Shown: piece after piece, positions 1 through 13,612 of the stretch
Position numbering within the stretch: the stretch's first letter is position 1
How the letters are laid out: every line of letters begins with the position of its first letter
Source: Eledone cirrhosa
Taxonomy: Eukaryota
Direction: 5' to 3'
DNA: 64,000 nt
Assembly (NCBI GenBank): GCA_964016885.1
Contig: OZ024743.1
Coordinates: 352,036,001-352,100,000, forward strand
Notes under the pieces: generated by a model
Told to the model about the DNA's origin: nothing
Database searches by the model: none
What the model saw: the letters and a program-made list of their open reading frames with translations, nothing else
Program-made: the position numbers and the translations under genes

Positions 1-616
1 AAGTGGCTGACATGGATGTTCAGCAAAAAACTGTTTCAGATTTGATCGCGATGGACGTTGGAAGATTCCAGTAGCTGATCTTTCATTTTCTTGAAAAGGT
101 TCATTTACAGAATGTGCTTCAGAAACCAAGTCATTTATGTCTGAAGTAATATCTGACCGCTTAGCTGACTCCTGCCTTTCTGGTTCATGTCACTCTTTAC
201 ATTTCAGTGATCCAGATTTGTGCTTTTTATTTTCCATTTGGTAGGGGTAATATTCTTGATATTCAAGGTTAAAACTTAATTAAAAATACCCCATATTGGT
301 AAAAATGAATATACACAATTTTTCAATATGTAATTACTAATACATTACTAGGATTACTAGAGTAAATACACTACTAATATATATTTTCAAAATAATATTT
401 TAGTTACTGTTTAACCATACTGGTTGAATGGTTGATATAAATTAAACCAGGTAAAATATTAATATTCCTCCTCATAACCTTATATTATCATTTGTTATGC
501 AAGTGATATGAAAAAATAAAATTTGGAACATTATCTCCTTCGACTTTTTCTCTTCAAGAAATGGCTTGACTATGAGCAATAATTCTTAAAACCCTTTTGT
601 GTCTGCATTATTTCTA

Positions 617-793
617 TTGGCAGTATCGGTAGAGGGTCGGACGCCATGCTTTGACGCATAGAGTTACGGCCCTTGCCATTCTGAGTTCAAATCCCGCCGA
701 GGTTAACTTTGCCTTTCATCCTTACGGGGTCGATAAAATAAAGTACCAGTAATACACTGGGTAATTGCTGCTCTTGTGCCAAAAGTAGAAACA
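617..793 (+). mobile_element. tRNA-derived SINE
   Basis: A-box-like tggcagtatcggtag, B-box gagttcaaatcc, core tttgcctttcatccttacggggtcgataaaataaagtacc. Flanked by direct repeat attatttcta (607-616, 794-803). Paralogs elsewhere in the window. Confidence 0.85.
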
Positions 794-1132
794 ATTATTT
801 CTACTCTATCTATCTTTCACATTTGCATTTGTAGGTAAAAAGTGAAAATTTGATTTTCCACAACTTTTCTATTGCAATACCTTTTTATGGGTGTCCTACA
901 CATGAATATATTATAATATTTCAACCCTTATGTGAATATAATGGTAACAATGTAAATATTTGGAAAAATACAATAAAAGTAAAAGTGTATAGAAAAAAAT
1001 AAACCCTATGTTATAATACTATTAGGAATAATTAATTTCATATATATTTCAACAATTTTAAATAATATATAGAAATTTCAATCAAATGATCAAATATCAT
1101 ATAATTTTCAAGATTACCAAACCTCTCTCTCT

Positions 1133-1229
<97 letters not shown>

Positions 1230-1233
1230 GTAT

Positions 1234-1770
1234 GTATAGAAATTTCGTATTTCTAAGGAAACAATATATTTACAGGTAAACATTTAGAAATCCGTAGCTA
1301 TGCAAAAAACACCGGTGCTAACGCCCTCTGCTGGTGTCCAGCAGAAGCAAGGGGGGACAATCGTCGATACACAAATACGAAATTTCTATACATATCTGTA
1401 TACTGCTATGCCTGAACCTAAATCCTATTTCTATTCTATTATAAGTTGAGCCAACTTATGCAGCTTCATATGCACATGAGATTAATCACTTCATTTACAC
1501 AGATGAGAAAACTATGTATTCTCGACTGTTCTCAAGTCCAGCAGTCGCAAGTGTGGTGGGAATCGTCCTGATGATGACCAGTTAAGTCCAAAATGCATCG
1601 ACGTTTGTCCCCCTTGCTTCTGCTGGACACCACCAGAGGGTGGTAGCCCTGGTGTTTTTTGCATAGATATGGCTTTCTAAATGTTTACCTGTAAATATAT
1701 CGTGTTTCCTTAGAAATACAAAATTTCGATAGATATCTGTATACAGCTATACCTGAAGCTAAATCCTAAT
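1234..1770. mobile_element. Penelope-like terminal-repeat relic with inverted segment and degenerate hammerhead
   Basis: 1234-1375 is a diverged inverted copy of ~1597-1735. ~1375-1430 is repeated directly at ~1715-1770. ctgatga core at 1568-1574. Embedded in TA/TG microsatellite. Confidence 0.6.
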
Positions 1771-2948
1771 TATATATATATACTTACACATGCACAATAT
1801 ATATATATATATACTTACACACACTATATATATATACTTACACACACACAATATATATATATATATATATATATATACTTACACACACACTATATATATA
1901 TATATATAGAGAGAGAGAGGGAGAATGGGAGGACACAAGGTGTGTTCAATATATGAGTAGCTTACCTATTTTGGTGTTTTATGGAAATATGTACTGCTGA
2001 AAGAATAATGTTTTATAACTTTATTCAATTATGATTGGTTGATGTAGAATTATAAGATTTTTGATGATACACTTTGTAAGATACTTACCGAGGTAGATAA
2101 CGGTAATTATTACAACCCACTACTAGGATATACCCTCAATTCCACGAATAAAAATGTTCACTTAGAAGAGAATGCTTTAATTATTTAAGAAAATAACCTT
2201 AATAAGACAAAAGTATTAGAAACCTTGGATCAACTTTAAAAACCTCTATTTCATGAGTTAATTTTTGTAGTTAATATTTTCTAACTAATTGACACATTCT
2301 TCAAGTGAAAATTGTATTAAAAATTGTTAAAATATCTTGTGTTGTAGAGGTATAATCATTTTATAGCACATAAACTTTAGAGTAAAGTAAAAATATGAAT
2401 ATCTTTCCTTATCCCTTGCGAAATATACATATCCACTGAGTAGCAATAATGGACTTCTATCTTTCACACTCACTCAATATATATACATGTGTATCTGTGT
2501 GCATGTACATGTGTATATATAGAAAAGAAAAGAATTGTATTGATAAATTCAAACCCAAGATAAATGAACAATAATAACGCCTAGGGGTATTACTTCTACT
2601 ACCACTATGAGCACGACCACTAACAACAACAACAACAACAATAATAATAAAAATAAAAGTGATGTTGATGGTGATGATTAATAGAAAATGCTATTTTCAT
2701 CATTTCAAAAAGCAAAACAATTGATACGTTGGGTATGACTATTGGTCGTTAGCATGCTCAACCAGCCGTGACGCTTAAACCAATCAGCTGTAGTAATTCA
2801 GTGAAACTACACACTGATTGGTCGAAATACAGTTTACAGGGCTTTGCATTCCGGAGCCACTTTTCTCTGTATAAAATGTATAAAAGGTAGTAAATTTACC
2901 CATCTCATTACAGTTGAAAATTGCAAACTCGACTGTCACCACATATCA

Positions 2949-2987
2949 TGAACCTGAAGATTGCGAAAGCATGAAAGTACTTGTTCA
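2949..2987 (+). ncRNA. Minimal type I hammerhead ribozyme in 5' pseudo-LTR
   Basis: tgaac-CTGAAGA-ttgc gaaa gcat-GAAA-gtac-TT-gttca: stem I tgaac/gttca, GAAA-capped stem II, palindromic stem III aagtactt. Confidence 0.8.
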
Positions 2988-3444
2988 ATTAACACTTAGA
3001 ATTTAATATTCTATCATACTATTTCATTATAATACCATATTATATTATATATATTTTAAAGGATTGTAAATAAAACGAGTAAATCAGACAAAGTTGGAAT
3101 TCCTCTTATTAATATAATCTTCTATACACAATCATACACACCCGTGTATATTTACCTATCTATATCTATATATATATATATTCCTATTGTGTATATGCCA
3201 ACATGTCTGGAAAGCAACAAATGAAACCAACAGAATCAGAAAGAATTCTAAAGGAGATATCATCGAAATTATCAACACTTATCACGATGATGGACACACA
3301 ATCCTCTATTTTAAAGGAAATAGAAAAACAATCTACAGACGGAAAACTTATACTGAACATATAAACTCTGAAATTAAGAATTTAGCTGAAATTATACCAA
3401 CAGTTATCAAAGATACAAGATAAAGCCTACCACAACCCCCTTGG

Positions 3445-4551
3445 ATGTCAGAAATAAACGAAAGAAATTTGGAAAACAAAACACATCGAATAAGAAAAGA
3501 AATGTGGAAGACATGGAAAAAATTCCTTAACATAAGAAAACAAAATTTCTGGAAAGCATACAGATGCGAAAAATATGTCGAAACACATTCGAAATGGCTC
3601 TCTCTAACGGCACCCATACTCCCTCGTAAATACCTAATTACAGAAATTGCAGGAGAACCAGAAGAAGAAACAAAACTCCGATGGGAACTTACATTGACAA
3701 AATTCAGGACCGACATCTCCATTTCTGAATGTAAACAATCCCGCTACAAAGCCAAATATGAAGCTATTGATGACCAAATTGAAGTTGAAATTTCAAAGCT
3801 AACGACTGGTATTATAGCTGAAAAACTACAAGAACTATGGATCGGAGATATCTCAAAAGAAGAAACCAAATCAAGAAAGGTATGGCAGCAGAAACAATTA
3901 TTTCTTGATGAATATGCTGCAAATTACGGTAAAGACTCTGGAACCCTGAGAAAAAGCATTAAAAGTGGACAATCTCATCAACACAACATACGCCAGAACA
4001 CGTGCCAACACAAACACTCACCTTACCTTGAATCAAAGAAGAACTACGGTAATAACTCTTCGCTTTTTCTACAAAAACACCCTATCGCACACAACATGAA
4101 CAAAAAGCACAAACACGATAGGTATTCCTTTGACCAGACCATGAGAAGTAGTAAAACCAGGAGATCATTCTCAAGATCTCAACAGAGACTACCAACAAGG
4201 AATGTGGAAACAAAACGTAGAATAACCAGATCACTCTCAAGATCTCAACAGAGATTGCCCACAAGAAACTGGACGAAAAAACGATCTAAACCTGAAAGCA
4301 AACCTAGGTCATTTTCCCAGATTGTTAAAAATAATGCTAACAGGAAGAAAAATAATATACAGAATACCAAAAATAGGACAAAATACATAACGAAACCAAA
4401 TATAATATCACGACCAAAAGTTCATCAAGCGAACACCAACAGGAATATAAATCCTGAACAGAGAAAAATTCATTTTTTAACGTCAGGACAACAAAAACCG
4501 GAAAAAGAAAAACTCCAGGAGGAAACATATCCAAAACAGCTGTACACGTAG
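3445..4551 (+). CDS. Penelope-like element N-terminal ORF (basic, Arg/Ser-rich repeats)
   Basis: 368 aa ORF between the 5' pLTR and the RT ORF. Repeated RS(F/L)SRSQQRLPTRN. Overlaps the RT frame. Confidence 0.65.
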   Translation: MSEINERNLENKTHRIRKEMWKTWKKFLNIRKQNFWKAYRCEKYVETHSKWLSLTAPILPRKYLITEIAGEPEEETKLRWELTLTKFRTDISISECKQSRYKAKYEAIDDQIEVEISKLTTGIIAEKLQELWIGDISKEETKSRKVWQQKQLFLDEYAANYGKDSGTLRKSIKSGQSHQHNIRQNTCQHKHSPYLESKKNYGNNSSLFLQKHPIAHNMNKKHKHDRYSFDQTMRSSKTRRSFSRSQQRLPTRNVETKRRITRSLSRSQQRLPTRNWTKKRSKPESKPRSFSQIVKNNANRKKNNIQNTKNRTKYITKPNIISRPKVHQANTNRNINPEQRKIHFLTSGQQKPEKEKLQEETYPKQLYT

Positions 4552-6783
4552 ATCCTAAAATAATTAATTTATCTAAAAGAGATCTTGACAATGATGAAAT
4601 GCAAATTCTGTCAAAAGGACTGAAATTCACACCGACTCCAACAGTCAACCACCAAGAACTGAAGGAGGATACCCAAGAATTCTGTCGAAAATTACGTCTT
4701 GTAGAATTCTTCGCTGATAAAAATAATGAGAGTGATGAATCACTAGTAAAGAATAAATCAAATTTCACTCCGCCAAAAGGAAGAAATATTTATCTCGACC
4801 AATACATTGACATCCTGTCTAAATTTCCTCTTAGACATAATACTAATGTTAGGCCAAACATTAACAAATCAGAAATGTCTGCACTTAAACGTATACAAAA
4901 TGATAAAACAATAATAATTAAACAAGCAGATAAAGGGGGTGCAGTTGTTATAATGGATACTGAATACTACAAGGATTTGGTTGAGGAACAACTGAAAGAC
5001 ACAACATTCTATCACGAAATACCGTCAAATATAGACCACAACATCATGAAGAAGATCAACAACCTGGCTTCAAAATACCACAACTCATTTACTGATAAGG
5101 AAAGAGACTACATCACCAATTTTGAGCCGAAACCCAGCAACCTGTATGGCCTACCGAAAGTTCACAAGTCAAAAGAAATACAACTGGCAGTAAGAGAACA
5201 AAACAGTGAGTACATTAAATTATTACACCCAAAAGACTTAAAACTTAGACCTATTATAGCTGGTCCAACATGCCCCACTCACCGTCTAAGCAATTTTGTT
5301 GACATTATTTTGAAACCACTATGTATTCACATACCCAGTTTCATCCGGGATGATATCGACTTCCTGTTCCATCTTCCCAAAACCACGGAAACGAATTCAC
5401 TTCTACTCAGTTTTGATGTGGTAAGCCTTTACACCAACATTACACATGATTTAGGAATAAAGGCGGTTAAATACTGGGTGGAAAAACAGAGAAGTGATTC
5501 CCATTAGATTCACAGCGCCATTTATATTAGACGCAGTTAAACTTATTCTGGAAAACAACACTTTCTTCTTCAATGGAAAGAATTACATCCAAATTAGAGG
5601 CACAGCGATGGGAACGAAGTTTGCTCCCGTTTACGCGAACTCTGTAATGGGATACTTAGAACAACAACTCTACCAAGAAATAGAGGAAAAATATAGTACT
5701 GACTTTAGAAAGTACATTGAAAAATCTTGGAAGAGATACCTTGACGACTGTTTCATCATCTGGACAGAATCTCTAGATACTCTGGATGAGTTCAATATCC
5801 TCCTGAATAACCTACACCCATCTCTCCAATTCACAAAAGAGATGAGTAGGACCAAATTACCATTCCTAGATATAATGATAATCAAAAACGACACCACCAT
5901 TACCACGGATATATATTATAAACACAGAGACACCCATCAATATCTGAATTTTAAGTCGTGCCATCCACCTCATACAAAACGCAACATCCCATACTGCCTA
6001 GCCAGAAGAATTTGTACCATTGTAGAAGATACGAATACCAGGTACAAACGCCTAACAGAACTAAGAGAATTTTTGCTCAAACAAAAATACCCATCTCTAC
6101 TTATAGAAAATGGCATACAGCGGGCTATAAAAATACCTATACAACAACTTAGAACAACCCAAGGAAGAAGAAACCAAGAACTGGTCATACCATTTATAAT
6201 GACACACAACCCATGTCACCAGAATATATTCAACACTGCCAAAGCAAACCTACCGATCATTGCTCAAAGTAATGAATTAAAAGGCTTAATCACAGATCGA
6301 TCTTTCACTCTTAGTAAAAGACAGCCAAAAAATTTGAAGCAATTGCTAACAAAAGCAAAGTTTGACCTTAACAACAAAGACCAATCATTCACTGTATCTA
6401 AATGCAATGATAATCGATGCGGCACATGTCAATCCATACACGCCGGTCAATATATGAAAACAAAAACTGGAAAAATATTCCCAAATGCAAATATGAACTG
6501 CAAAAGCAGAAATCTAATTTACTGCATTAAATGCCCGAATTTTGAAGAACTATATGTCGGTCAAACTGGAAATGCACTATCGGAACGTGCACGGGTACAC
6601 CGTCAACAAATCAGAGACCCAAATGTCCGTCAGATACCCCTAAGCGGCCACCTGGCAACATGTGGTCAGGGAATATTTATAATATTCTCATTCTACAAAT
6701 TACACAGCCCTAGTGAAATCAAGAGAAAAATCAAAGAAAAGAATTTTATTGATAAATTCAAACCCAAGCTAAATGAACAATAA
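4458..6783 (+). pseudogene. Penelope-like RT + GIY-YIG endonuclease ORF with one internal frameshift (~5490-5507)
   Basis: ORFs 4599-5507 and 5494-6783 together form one PLE RT/EN. The frame opens at 4458 and contains the IINLS motif before the first ATG. Confidence 0.88.
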
Positions 6784-7157
6784 TAACGCCTAGGGGTATT
6801 ACTTCTACTACCACTATGAGCACGACCACTAACAACAACAACAACAACAATAATAATAAAAATAAAAGTGATGTTGATGGTGATGATTAATAGAAAATGC
6901 TATTTTCGTCATTTCAAAAAGCAAAACAATTGATACGTTGGGTATGACTATTGGTCGTTAGCATGCTCAACCAGCCGTGACGCTTAAACCAATCAGCTGT
7001 AGTAATTCAGTGAAACTACACACTGATTGGTCGAAATACAGTTTACAGGTCTTTGCATTCCGGAGCCACTTTTCTCTGTATAAAATGTATAAAAGGTAGT
7101 AAATTTACCCATCTCATTACAGTTGAAAATTGCAAACTCGACTGTCACCACATATCA

Positions 7158-7196
7158 TGAACCTGAAGATTGCGAAAGCATGAACGTACTTGTTCA
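7158..7196 (+). ncRNA. Hammerhead ribozyme copy in 3' pseudo-LTR, core mutated (GAAA>GAAC)
   Basis: Identical to 2949-2987 except A>C at 7185. Confidence 0.65.
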
Positions 7197-8060
7197 ATTA
7201 ACACTTAGAATTTAATATTCTATCATACTATTTCATTATAATACCATATTATATTATATATATTTTAAAGGATTGTAAATAAAACGAGTAAATCAGACAA
7301 AGTTGGAATTCCTCTTATTAATATAATCTTCTATACACAATCATACACACCCGTGTATATTTACCTATCTATATCTATATATATATAGATTTATATATAT
7401 GCATACATACACACAAGCACACACACACACACACATTTGCAACTCTGCAGCACGTTTATTCTTATATTTACACATATTTTTTTCTCCCGCTATGACCCGT
7501 CTATTTCGTTCTTACTGCTTCCTCTTTCTCTGTTCTTTACCCTCTCTAACAGTCACTCTATCTGTTAGCCTCTTCCTCACCCTTCACTCACTCACTCTCT
7601 GTTACTACCTCTCCTCCTCCTCCTTCTTCCCGTTTGACCTGTGCGTAATTCTTTTCTTTCGCACGCTTGGTCAGGCTGGTTGGCATTTTTTCTCTCTCTC
7701 GTCTACGATTTCACAGAACTTATGTTTACCGAATTCACAGACTAGACCCCTTCTTCCTCCCGTTAGACCTGTGCGAAATTCCTTCCTTGCTCACATTTCA
7801 ACCAGGTTTGATGGTCTTTATTCTCTCTCGTTCACGATTTCACAGAACTTATATTCATGGAAATTTTGGACTTGACTCGCTCTTCCTCACTTTTCGTTGC
7901 TTCACCATCTTTGTTTGTTTACACTCTCGCTGTTCCCTTTATTTACATGTCCCAACGACTTTCTTTTGCTGTTGTTCGCACCAACCGGGGGTATATGGTC
8001 TTTAAAGCGAAGAAATACCGATGATGGTTGGAAGATCACTGATGAAGGGCCACTTTATTC

Positions 8061-8090
<30 letters not shown>

Positions 8091-8092
<2 letters not shown>

Positions 8093-9790
8093 TCCACATT
8101 GCAAGGCAGTGTGTCAATGCAAATCAGGATGTTGTTGGAGATAAATGTGTCCGGGATGATGCCGGTGTACTTAGTGTCACAAATGATCAGAAAAAGGAGG
8201 CCTGGAAATGTCATTATGAGAGACTGATGAATGTGGAGAACGAATGGGAGAGAGAGAAATTACCCTTAGTATATCCAACAGAGGGACCAGCTATTGAGAT
8301 TGACGAATATAGGGTCCAAGAGGCGATTAAGGAAATGAAAAATGGTAAGGCTGCTGGACCATCGGGAATAGTTGCTGAGATGCTGAAGGCATCAGGGGAC
8401 GTAGGCACTAAACTGGTTGCACACATCATCAATCAGGCTATATATGGTGTTGTCATACCCAAGGACTGGTGCAGCAGTATTCTCATAAATTGCTACAAAG
8501 GTAAAGGGGATGCTCTGGAGAGGAGCAATTATAGGGGTATAAAACTGATGGATCAGGTTATGAAAGTGGCAGAAAGGATATTAGCACAACTAATTAGAGA
8601 AAGGGTCAAACTAGATGAGATGCAGTTTGGTTTTGTGCGTGGGAAGAGTACAATAGATGCCCTCTTCTTGGTGAGACAATTGCAAAAGAGGTTCTTAGAG
8701 AAAAATAAGCCACTATACTTAGCCTTTGTTGACCTAGAGAAGGCCTTTGATAGGGTAGCCCGATCTGTCATCTGGTGGTCCCTAAGGAAGCTAGGTGTTG
8801 AGGAATGGCTTGTGAGGACAGTGCAAACTTTGTACAGAGGTACTGTCAGTAAAGTCAGGGTAGGAATGGAGTTTAATGAGGAATTCCAGATACAAGTATG
8901 AGTACATCAAGGTTCGGTCCTCAGCCCGCTCTTGTTCATTATAGTCCTCCAAGCCATAACAGAGGAGTTTAAGACTGATTGTCCATGGGAACTTCTCTAT
9001 GCTGACGATCTGGTTCTTATAGCAGAATCAGTAGAGGAGCTAGAGAATAAATTCTGACTATGGAAACAGCAGTTGGAAGCAAGAGGACTGAGAGTGAACC
9101 TAGCTAAGACAAAAGTGATGATGAGTAGAAAAGAGGACAAAACTGTGATCCCGTCAGGGAAATGGCCATGTTCGATATGCAGAAAAGGAACTGGCATAAA
9201 TTCTATAAAATGCACACAATGCAGATCCTGGGTACACAAGAGATGTAGCGGGATAGCAGGCAAACTAACAGGTAGGGAGAAATATGTATGCAGTAGATGT
9301 ACAGGGAAATTAGACACTAGAAGTCGCATTGATAGACACATTTTTCAAATGCAGCAGGGCGCTATAGAAGTGGTGGATAGCTTCCGGGACCTAGGAGATC
9401 AGATTAGCATGGGAGGAAGGTGTTCCGAGGCCATAGTATCTAGAATAAGGACGGGTTGGAAGAAGTTTAGGGAGCTGCTTCCTCTGCTGACGAAGAAGGG
9501 GTTCTCCCTGCGTACGAAAGGCCGGTTGTATGATGACTGTGTGAGGAGCGTGATGCTGCATGGTAGTGAGACATGGGCAGCAACTGCAGAGGATATGCGA
9601 CGGCTGGAGAGAAATGAAGCAAGCATGCTCCATTGGATGTGCAGTGTAAATGTGCGTGAATGACCCAGCATAAATGTGTTGAGAGAGAAACTGTGGTCTG
9701 ATAGGGATAGAATGTAGTGTACAGGAGAGGAGACTGAGGTGGTATGGACATGTGATGCGCATGGAGAATGACCGATGGGTGAAGAAGTGC
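8091..9790 (+). mobile_element. RTE-clade non-LTR retrotransposon, 5'-truncated and decayed
   Basis: RT motifs KAAGPSG, NYRGIKL, QFGFVRGKST, FVDLEKAFDRV, QGSVLSP, YADD. PHD-like Cys-rich segment (CSIC...CTQC..WVHKRC...CSRC). [11 protein letters not shown]-type tail. In-frame stops. Confidence 0.88.
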
Positions 9791-9954
9791 GTGTGTGTGT
9801 GTGTATATATATATGTGTGTGTGTATATATATATGTATATATATGTATATATATATATATACATATATATATACATATATGTATATATATATATACACAT
9901 ATATATGTATATATATATACACATATATATATATATATTTGTACATATATATAT

Positions 9955-10017
<63 letters not shown>

Positions 10018-10027
10018 TATATATATA

Positions 10028-10095
<68 letters not shown>

Positions 10096-10161
10096 AATAT
10101 ATATATGTATATATATATGTACATATATATATATATAATACATATATATATATATATGTAC

Positions 10162-10193
<32 letters not shown>

Positions 10194-10237
10194 GTATATA
10201 ATACATATATATATATATATTTATGTAAATATATATA
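9790..10237. repeat. (TG)n/(TA)n imperfect microsatellite
   Basis: Direct inspection. Confidence 0.95.
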
Positions 10238-10294
10238 GCAACCAGTAAGACCCCGACGGCTGAGCTCAAGCCGTTTCGACGGCTAATTCATAAT

Positions 10295-10590
10295 TGTGGT
10301 GACAGTCAAGTTTGCAATTTTCAACAGTTGAAAGTTGCAAACTTGACTGTCACCACACATTATGAACCTGAAGATTGCGAAAGCATGAAAGTACTTGTTC
10401 AATTAACACTTAACATTTAATATTCTACCATACTATTTCATTCTAATACCATTATAAATTTTAAAGGATTGTAAATAAAACGAGTAAATCAGACGAAGTT
10501 GGAATTCCTTTTATTAATATCATCATCTATACTCAATCATACACACCCGTGTATATTTATCTATCTCTCTCTATATATATATACATATAT
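10295..10590 (+). mobile_element. Solo Penelope pseudo-LTR fragment (related subfamily) with inverted 5' segment and intact hammerhead 10363-10401
   Basis: Highly similar to 2910-3170. Near-perfect palindrome 10295-10357. Same hammerhead sequence as 2949-2987. Confidence 0.8.
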
Positions 10591-10680
10591 ATATATATAC
10601 ATAGCGAGGGAAAAGTGGTAAGGAACCAGGTGGACCATAACGAACCAAAGTACTCAATATATAGGGTAGTAGAGTGGGTA

Positions 10681-12586
<1,906 letters not shown>

Positions 12587-12956
12587 AAAGTTCTATTTAA
12601 ATTGTTGGGATACAACAAGCAAATATTTTTATAACTGATATAAAGCACTCAACAAATAATTAGAGTAAAAATACGATATTAACAAATGGAAACTATATTT
12701 ATAAAACCATATTTATTTCATTATACATATTTCAAGGACACCAAGTTAAATTATGGTGTGCTTTCATCAGATAAAATATAATATAGAGCAGTTTTATAAA
12801 TAAATATTGACATACTCTTAAAGAATGCAACCATTATTGTTGGAAGCTCCCGGATATATCTTTAATTATACTATTAGGTAAGTTATTATTGGATATTTTT
12901 AAATAAACCGTTGGGTTACGGAGAAAGAGAAAGAGAGAGAGAGAGCAGAACAACAC

Positions 12957-13030
<74 letters not shown>
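12957..13030. repeat. (GA)n microsatellite
   Basis: Direct inspection. Confidence 0.9.
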
Positions 13031-13034
<4 letters not shown>

Positions 13035-13409
13035 AAGAGACAGGAGAGAGAGCGAGAACTCTAAGTCATATCTTGTTGAGTTATCTTGACATTTGAGATG
13101 AAATGAATAAATAAAATTAGAAATGTTAATAATCATGAATGGAAGATACATATATAATATGAGAAATTTAACCATTGTTTAAATATGATTAAATGTTTAG
13201 TTAGTCAGTTAAAATATTGAGATCAATACATTAAAAATTGAGATCTATATATTAAGAAATCTATATATTATTATTAAGACTATATTATTAAAAATCTATA
13301 TATTATATAACACATGCACACGCAAAAATTATTACTAACAATTTTAACTATTTTAACAATTTTAACTATTTTAACAATTTATCAACTATAATAGAAAACC
13401 TTACAATAA

Positions 13410-13610
13410 TTCCGAAAACAAAAAAAGAAATAGAACTAGGAACATATTATGGTTCGCTCCTCCTTTCTCATTAAATATTAAAACCCCTATTGCTAAACTA
13501 TTTTTTAAAGCTCTTGACAAATGCTTCCCTAGAACACATAGATATTATTCAATCTTTAATAGACATACAATAAAATTAACTTATTCTTCCACCAAAAACT
13601 TAGTGCAAAA
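13410..13610 (+). mobile_element. Fragment of another Penelope-like ORF (post-RT region)
   Basis: Manual translation KRNRTRNILWFAPPFSLNIKTPIAKLFFKALDKCFP..YYSIFNRHTIKLTYS resembles the RNIIWFNPPFS region seen in invertebrate PLEs. Confidence 0.55.
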
Positions 13611-13612
13611 TA

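Larger units (their letters stand above)
2524..7390 (+). mobile_element. Penelope-like retroelement (Neptune-type), near full length, partial-tandem structure with pseudo-LTRs
   Basis: ~650 bp direct repeats (2524-~3180 and 6733-~7390), each starting with the 3' end of the ORF. RT motifs (LRPIIAG, SFDVVSLYTNI, GTAMGT, RYLDD). Cys-rich linker CNDNRCGTC and GIY-YIG-like NLIYCIKC..LYVGQT. Confidence 0.93.

Noticed and set aside
1-238. Minus-strand reading frame (MENKKHK...FFAEHPCQPL), possibly a DNA-transposase N-terminus or host exon
   Set aside because: Contains an in-frame stop and runs off the window; too little evidence to call.
617-793. tRNA gene
   Set aside because: It has A/B boxes but no cloverleaf, and has TSDs and dispersed copies, so it is a SINE.
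7399-8060. Hydrophobic ORFs (7399-7875, 47680-48357; also 22177-22706) as membrane proteins
   Set aside because: They derive from CT-rich low-complexity repeat sequence. The frame is not preserved between the two copies at 7399/47680, and there are no recognisable domains.
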